From a virus (Duplodnaviria > Caudoviricetes): DNA of 64,000 nucleotides. Each line of letters opens with the position of its first letter. Within the stretch, counting starts at the first letter, position 1. A program made the translations under genes and the position numbers. Shown here in pieces: positions 60,920 through 64,000 of this stretch. Where the stretch lies: the IMG/VR virus record IMGVR_UViG_3300005546_000003, positions 1 to 64,000 of that record, one strand, 5' to 3'. Under the pieces are notes generated by a model, which had not been told where the DNA came from, did not search any database, and saw nothing but the letters and a program-made list of their open reading frames with translations.

Positions 60920-61282
60920 CTAGTTTTTTCCTGCTACTTTCCTAAAAGCCCGCATAGGCACCTCTTCCATTCCACCGCGTTTGCAGAGTTTGGCTACCCT
61001 ATCATCGCTGGGGAATATGTAATATTCAACTCCCTGCATAACTGATTCAACGCCCCGCTGAAATTCCCTCCAATTTACTTTAGCTCTGTATTCTGGCTCC
61101 ACATACATTGGCTCAGCGTGAGGCACCAGCTGCACTACATGAAACCCGACCACCTTGCCTTCATCATTCAATGCGCCGTAAATAGCGCTTAGCTTGGGGT
61201 CAGGCAGCTCGCCGCCATTGACATCAAATATAGCTCTAAGACTCTCCACTTCCTGCGGCTCCAGCCATCTATAGGTAATCAT
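60920..61282 (-). CDS. GNAT-like acetyltransferase, putative
   Basis: 120 aa, beta-rich, EPMYVEPEYR...LCKRGGM; usual position just before ejection genes. Confidence 0.5.
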   Translation of the reverse strand: MITYRWLEPQEVESLRAIFDVNGGELPDPKLSAIYGALNDEGKVVGFHVVQLVPHAEPMYVEPEYRAKVNWREFQRGVESVMQGVEYYIFPSDDRVAKLCKRGGMEEVPMRAFRKVAGKN

Positions 61283-61758
61283 TATTTTGCAGCCCCCTTC
61301 ACTTTCTGAGACGCCCTCAGGTACTGGATTGCCTTCTGAAGAACGTCAATGTTGTCATCGGCCCTGCTCAAAAGATTGTTACACTTGTCGCAGAGTAACC
61401 CTCTTACTAACCCCGTACTATGGCAGTGGTCAATTCCAAGCCGCTTCTGCCGTGCATTTTGGGTTTCCTTCCGCCCACAGATGGCACATTTGCCTTGCTG
61501 GTTCGCCCACATAATCTGGTAGTCCTCTTCTGTAATGCCATATCGAGAATACATATGAGTGGCCCATCTCTTATGTGGATCAGCATGGAGGGCGTAGTAA
61601 GCCCGTTTCTTGGCCTTTAGCTCATCAAGATTTTCAAGCCTCCATTGACGGATGAACTTAGCTTGACAGGGCTTACAATAAGAGGCCCTGTGCGGGGCTT
61701 TACACAAGTGGAAGTCATCCAGAGGCTTCGTTTCTTTACAGATTTTGCATTGCTTCAT
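61282..61758 (-). CDS. Endonuclease VII-like homing endonuclease
   Basis: KQCKICKETKPLDDF, YGIT, QQGKCAIC, IDHCHSTGLVRGLLCDKCN. Confidence 0.9.
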   Translation of the reverse strand: MKQCKICKETKPLDDFHLCKAPHRASYCKPCQAKFIRQWRLENLDELKAKKRAYYALHADPHKRWATHMYSRYGITEEDYQIMWANQQGKCAICGRKETQNARQKRLGIDHCHSTGLVRGLLCDKCNNLLSRADDNIDVLQKAIQYLRASQKVKGAAK

Positions 61759-62099
61759 TTTGGGCCCCAGCCACTTCTAGTGGAATTTCCAGTCTCCTTA
61801 ACATACAACACTGTAGCCGCTCCGCCTTTTTGGTCTACATATAGATCTCCAACACTCCCCAAAACGCTTCCCTCTGGAGTTCCATTACCGGAGCTGATCT
61901 TAATTGGAGCGCTGAGACCTAGATTCAATCCTTGTTCTAACAAGCCCCCAGTTCTAGCTGCTGGAACCTCCTTCTGGGTTGCCCCTTTAAGCTCATCTAA
62001 GCTGCCCTTCAGAATCTCCACATAGTCAAACAACATCCTGATAGCCTTAGCTACCCGATCATCTGCCTTGCCCTGAACCTCTATCCGTGTCATTGCCAT
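61755..62099 (-). CDS. Virion-associated hypothetical protein
   Basis: GNGTPEGSVLGSVGDLY...LYVK...GW motif seen in tail-associated proteins. Confidence 0.6.
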   Translation of the reverse strand: MAMTRIEVQGKADDRVAKAIRMLFDYVEILKGSLDELKGATQKEVPAARTGGLLEQGLNLGLSAPIKISSGNGTPEGSVLGSVGDLYVDQKGGAATVLYVKETGNSTRSGWGPK

Positions 62100-62101
62100 A
62101 A

Positions 62102-64000
62102 TTAAATCTCCGCAGCTGTGCCTCCATGCTCTAGAGGTCTATCCACCCCAAACGGATGAAAGACCTGATAGTCTCCCTCGCTGCCCCAGACCTTGGCTCG
62201 AACTTCGCTATCGTCTGCATAGAGCCGGAAATTCGTAGTGCTAGTCAGTCGGAACTGAAAGCTCTTGCCCTTGAGTACAGGAAGCACCAAATAGGTCTTC
62301 CTGTGCAGGCCGCCGCTATTTGGGATTGTCATTGTAGTATCAGTTCCATCTACGCTAATCACGAAGGTGATATCGCTGGTGCTCCGGTGGGTAATGTAGC
62401 AATCTTTGAGATGGTAGAATCCTAGAGGATTCATCACATCCCGGCCAGGCTCAAGGACCATTCCGGGGGTAATGTAATTCTTAACTAGCTCAGCTTCTGG
62501 GACCCAGACCCAGTTGATTTTCCAGACCCGGATATTACCATTGGGCAAGAGCCGCATTTCATGAACAATCGGCAGCTGACCGCTAGCACTTGGGGTGAGG
62601 CTATAAGGCACGACCAACCGACCGTTATGGTTCGCCGTGAACGTCTCAAGTGTAGCACCATCTCCTTGAAGTGTCAAGGTGACATTTGAGCCCCCAGTAT
62701 CTGCTTCGAGCTCGAATCCCTGGAGCCATTTAGCTCTTGGGTCTCCGTCATCGCTGTAATCGGGTTGGAGAGCCAGAAACTCCGGCACCAACTCATAAAT
62801 CCAGTCCACCCCCTCTAGGTACCAAGGGGTCTCATCAGCACCAACCCCTGGTGTCCAAGGTCCGAGCCTTAGCAGTTTAGCAATAAACGGAGTCGCTAGG
62901 GCATAAGCAATCTTCCGCTGGCCATTATGGTTGACGGTAAATGTTTGAGCTACCACCCCACCATCATACTGGATCTGAATTGATTTATTATTATTATATG
63001 TGTCCGCGTCAATTATAAATCCAGTAACTCGTTTGTCCCCCGGAATCCCAGCATCAGTCCAATCTGTAAACCTGGCCTCGGTTTGCTCAGACTTGACCAG
63101 CCAACTTGGACTCCACTCATACAGAGCCATTGTAACTGCGTCAGTCCAGGTTAGTTCGAGCGCAATGGTTCTAGCCAGAACCCCAATGCCGCTATTCACA
63201 TCTATTATAGCCTGCTGTCTTCCAGCACCAGAAGCTCCACCAGATAGTGTGAATGTCTGATAGACTGTTGACAGGTTGTTATTTATATATATCTTAACTG
63301 TCAGTGTTCCAGCCGGAGTTGCCCCAAAGCCGCCCCGGTCAGCATCAATAACTATATCTCGAATTAACTTCTGACTCCTCGAATCGCCAAGGTCATAAAA
63401 TGGCGTCAACACCCTGTGGCTGCTGGTATCAGCACCAGTACCGTACTTATAAACTGTCCCGTTGCTAAGCCCAAAGAAGGAACCATATTGACCATCGCCC
63501 TCCTGCTGGTAATAGCAAACTATAGTCGGGCTGTAAACCTCCTGGAACCATGCTTCTCGCCTTAGGTCATAAACTAGTGTGTAATAAACTCCACTTGTTT
63601 TATAGATAAAATACAGAAAGTCATTAGATTGACTGAGCCTGAAAAACTTCGGTGCGGTTATATCTAATGCAATCAGGCCTTGGTATTCCAGCCCAACTAG
63701 GGTATTCGCTCCAGCATCATGCGGGAAGAAATTGTAAAGCCCAGCATCAGTCAGGCTCTTAACTGTACCAGTCCCATCGGTTGCATAAATTCCATCCTTA
63801 GAGACAAAGAAAATCTTTTCGCCAACCGCCACACACCAGCGACCAATGACCCCCTTGCTATTAGCTACCTCTTGAGCTACGAAATCACTAGTGCCATCAA
63901 AACTCCGGTTAATAACATACATCCGCTCGGAGGTAAAAACATAAGGCCTACCATCATATATACAGCCAGCAACTAGGGGCTCGGATGGAGAAGTAATCTC
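62102..64000 (-). CDS. Tail nozzle/stabilisation protein, partial (5' end beyond the window)
   Basis: The frame stays open from 63922 to 64000 (EITSPSEPLVAGCIYDGRPYVFTSER); beta-propeller-like segments and repeated C-terminal beta domains; position next to the ejection genes. Confidence 0.65.
   Translation of the reverse strand, partial: EITSPSEPLVAGCIYDGRPYVFTSERMYVINRSFDGTSDFVAQEVANSKGVIGRWCVAVGEKIFFVSKDGIYATDGTGTVKSLTDAGLYNFFPHDAGANTLVGLEYQGLIALDITAPKFFRLSQSNDFLYFIYKTSGVYYTLVYDLRREAWFQEVYSPTIVCYYQQEGDGQYGSFFGLSNGTVYKYGTGADTSSHRVLTPFYDLGDSRSQKLIRDIVIDADRGGFGATPAGTLTVKIYINNNLSTVYQTFTLSGGASGAGRQQAIIDVNSGIGVLARTIALELTWTDAVTMALYEWSPSWLVKSEQTEARFTDWTDAGIPGDKRVTGFIIDADTYNNNKSIQIQYDGGVVAQTFTVNHNGQRKIAYALATPFIAKLLRLGPWTPGVGADETPWYLEGVDWIYELVPEFLALQPDYSDDGDPRAKWLQGFELEADTGGSNVTLTLQGDGATLETFTANHNGRLVVPYSLTPSASGQLPIVHEMRLLPNGNIRVWKINWVWVPEAELVKNYITPGMVLEPGRDVMNPLGFYHLKDCYITHRSTSDITFVISVDGTDTTMTIPNSGGLHRKTYLVLPVLKGKSFQFRLTSTTNFRLYADDSEVRAKVWGSEGDYQVFHPFGVDRPLEHGGTAAEI

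Noticed and set aside
32-63976. Numerous antisense or overlapping ORFs in the track (e.g. 708-980, 5454-5885, 20979-21479, 34300-34866, 44967-45620, 50435-50797)
   Set aside because: They lie opposite to or inside well-supported genes and lack RBSs and motifs; treated as shadow ORFs.
1-64000. Stop-codon reassignment (TAG read-through), suggested by abundant CTAG
   Set aside because: Long conserved genes are uninterrupted in the standard code, and TAG ends several genes right before the next RBS or start.
1-64000. CRISPR array, integrase or transposase
   Set aside because: No regularly spaced direct repeats and no recombinase or transposase motifs were seen; the Cas4-like nuclease lies in a recombination module.

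Overview
The window is most of the genome of an uncultured tailed dsDNA phage with podovirus-like virion genes; no integrase, CRISPR array or canonical tRNA was seen. Two arms diverge from a non-coding region at about 13.9-14.4 kb. The minus-strand arm left of it carries two DNA methyltransferases, terminase, portal, scaffold, major capsid and decoration genes. The plus-strand arm (14.4-47.9 kb) carries early and replication genes. From about 47.9 kb to the right end, minus-strand genes encode a nucleotide-metabolism/ClpP cluster, lysis functions, ejection proteins (including a 2123-aa polyvalent protein) and tail proteins; both window ends cut minus-strand virion genes. The most striking content is an RNA-centred module. 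It comprises a canonical Ro60/TROVE gene (20286-21647), a second highly diverged TROVE paralog (24540-25700), and six Y-RNA-like elements: five directly upstream of Ro60 (one degenerate) and one on the opposite strand about 7 kb away. The five clear copies share one scaffold (stem-TRGYGWAG-stem-ATACTTC-[variable domain]-stem-pyrimidine-rich loop ending GTTCY-stem) but carry different inserted domains, including a full and a minimal circularly permuted tRNA fold. A second, roughly 950-nt non-coding island (39.9-40.85 kb) holds at least seven closed RNA domains, among them a tRNA-like element with an aberrant anticodon arm. Also present are a phiEco32-type amide-ligase module whose glutamine amidotransferase has its catalytic N-terminal CGILG motif behind an ATC rather than an ATG, a UDG-PolA fusion with unusual active-site residues, a peptide deformylase, a stand-alone IleRS-type zinc finger, several apparently leaderless sigma70 transcripts, phased T-tracts and frequent CTAG/AGCT. 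All protein family calls come from motif recognition by eye; no database searches or folding programs were run.
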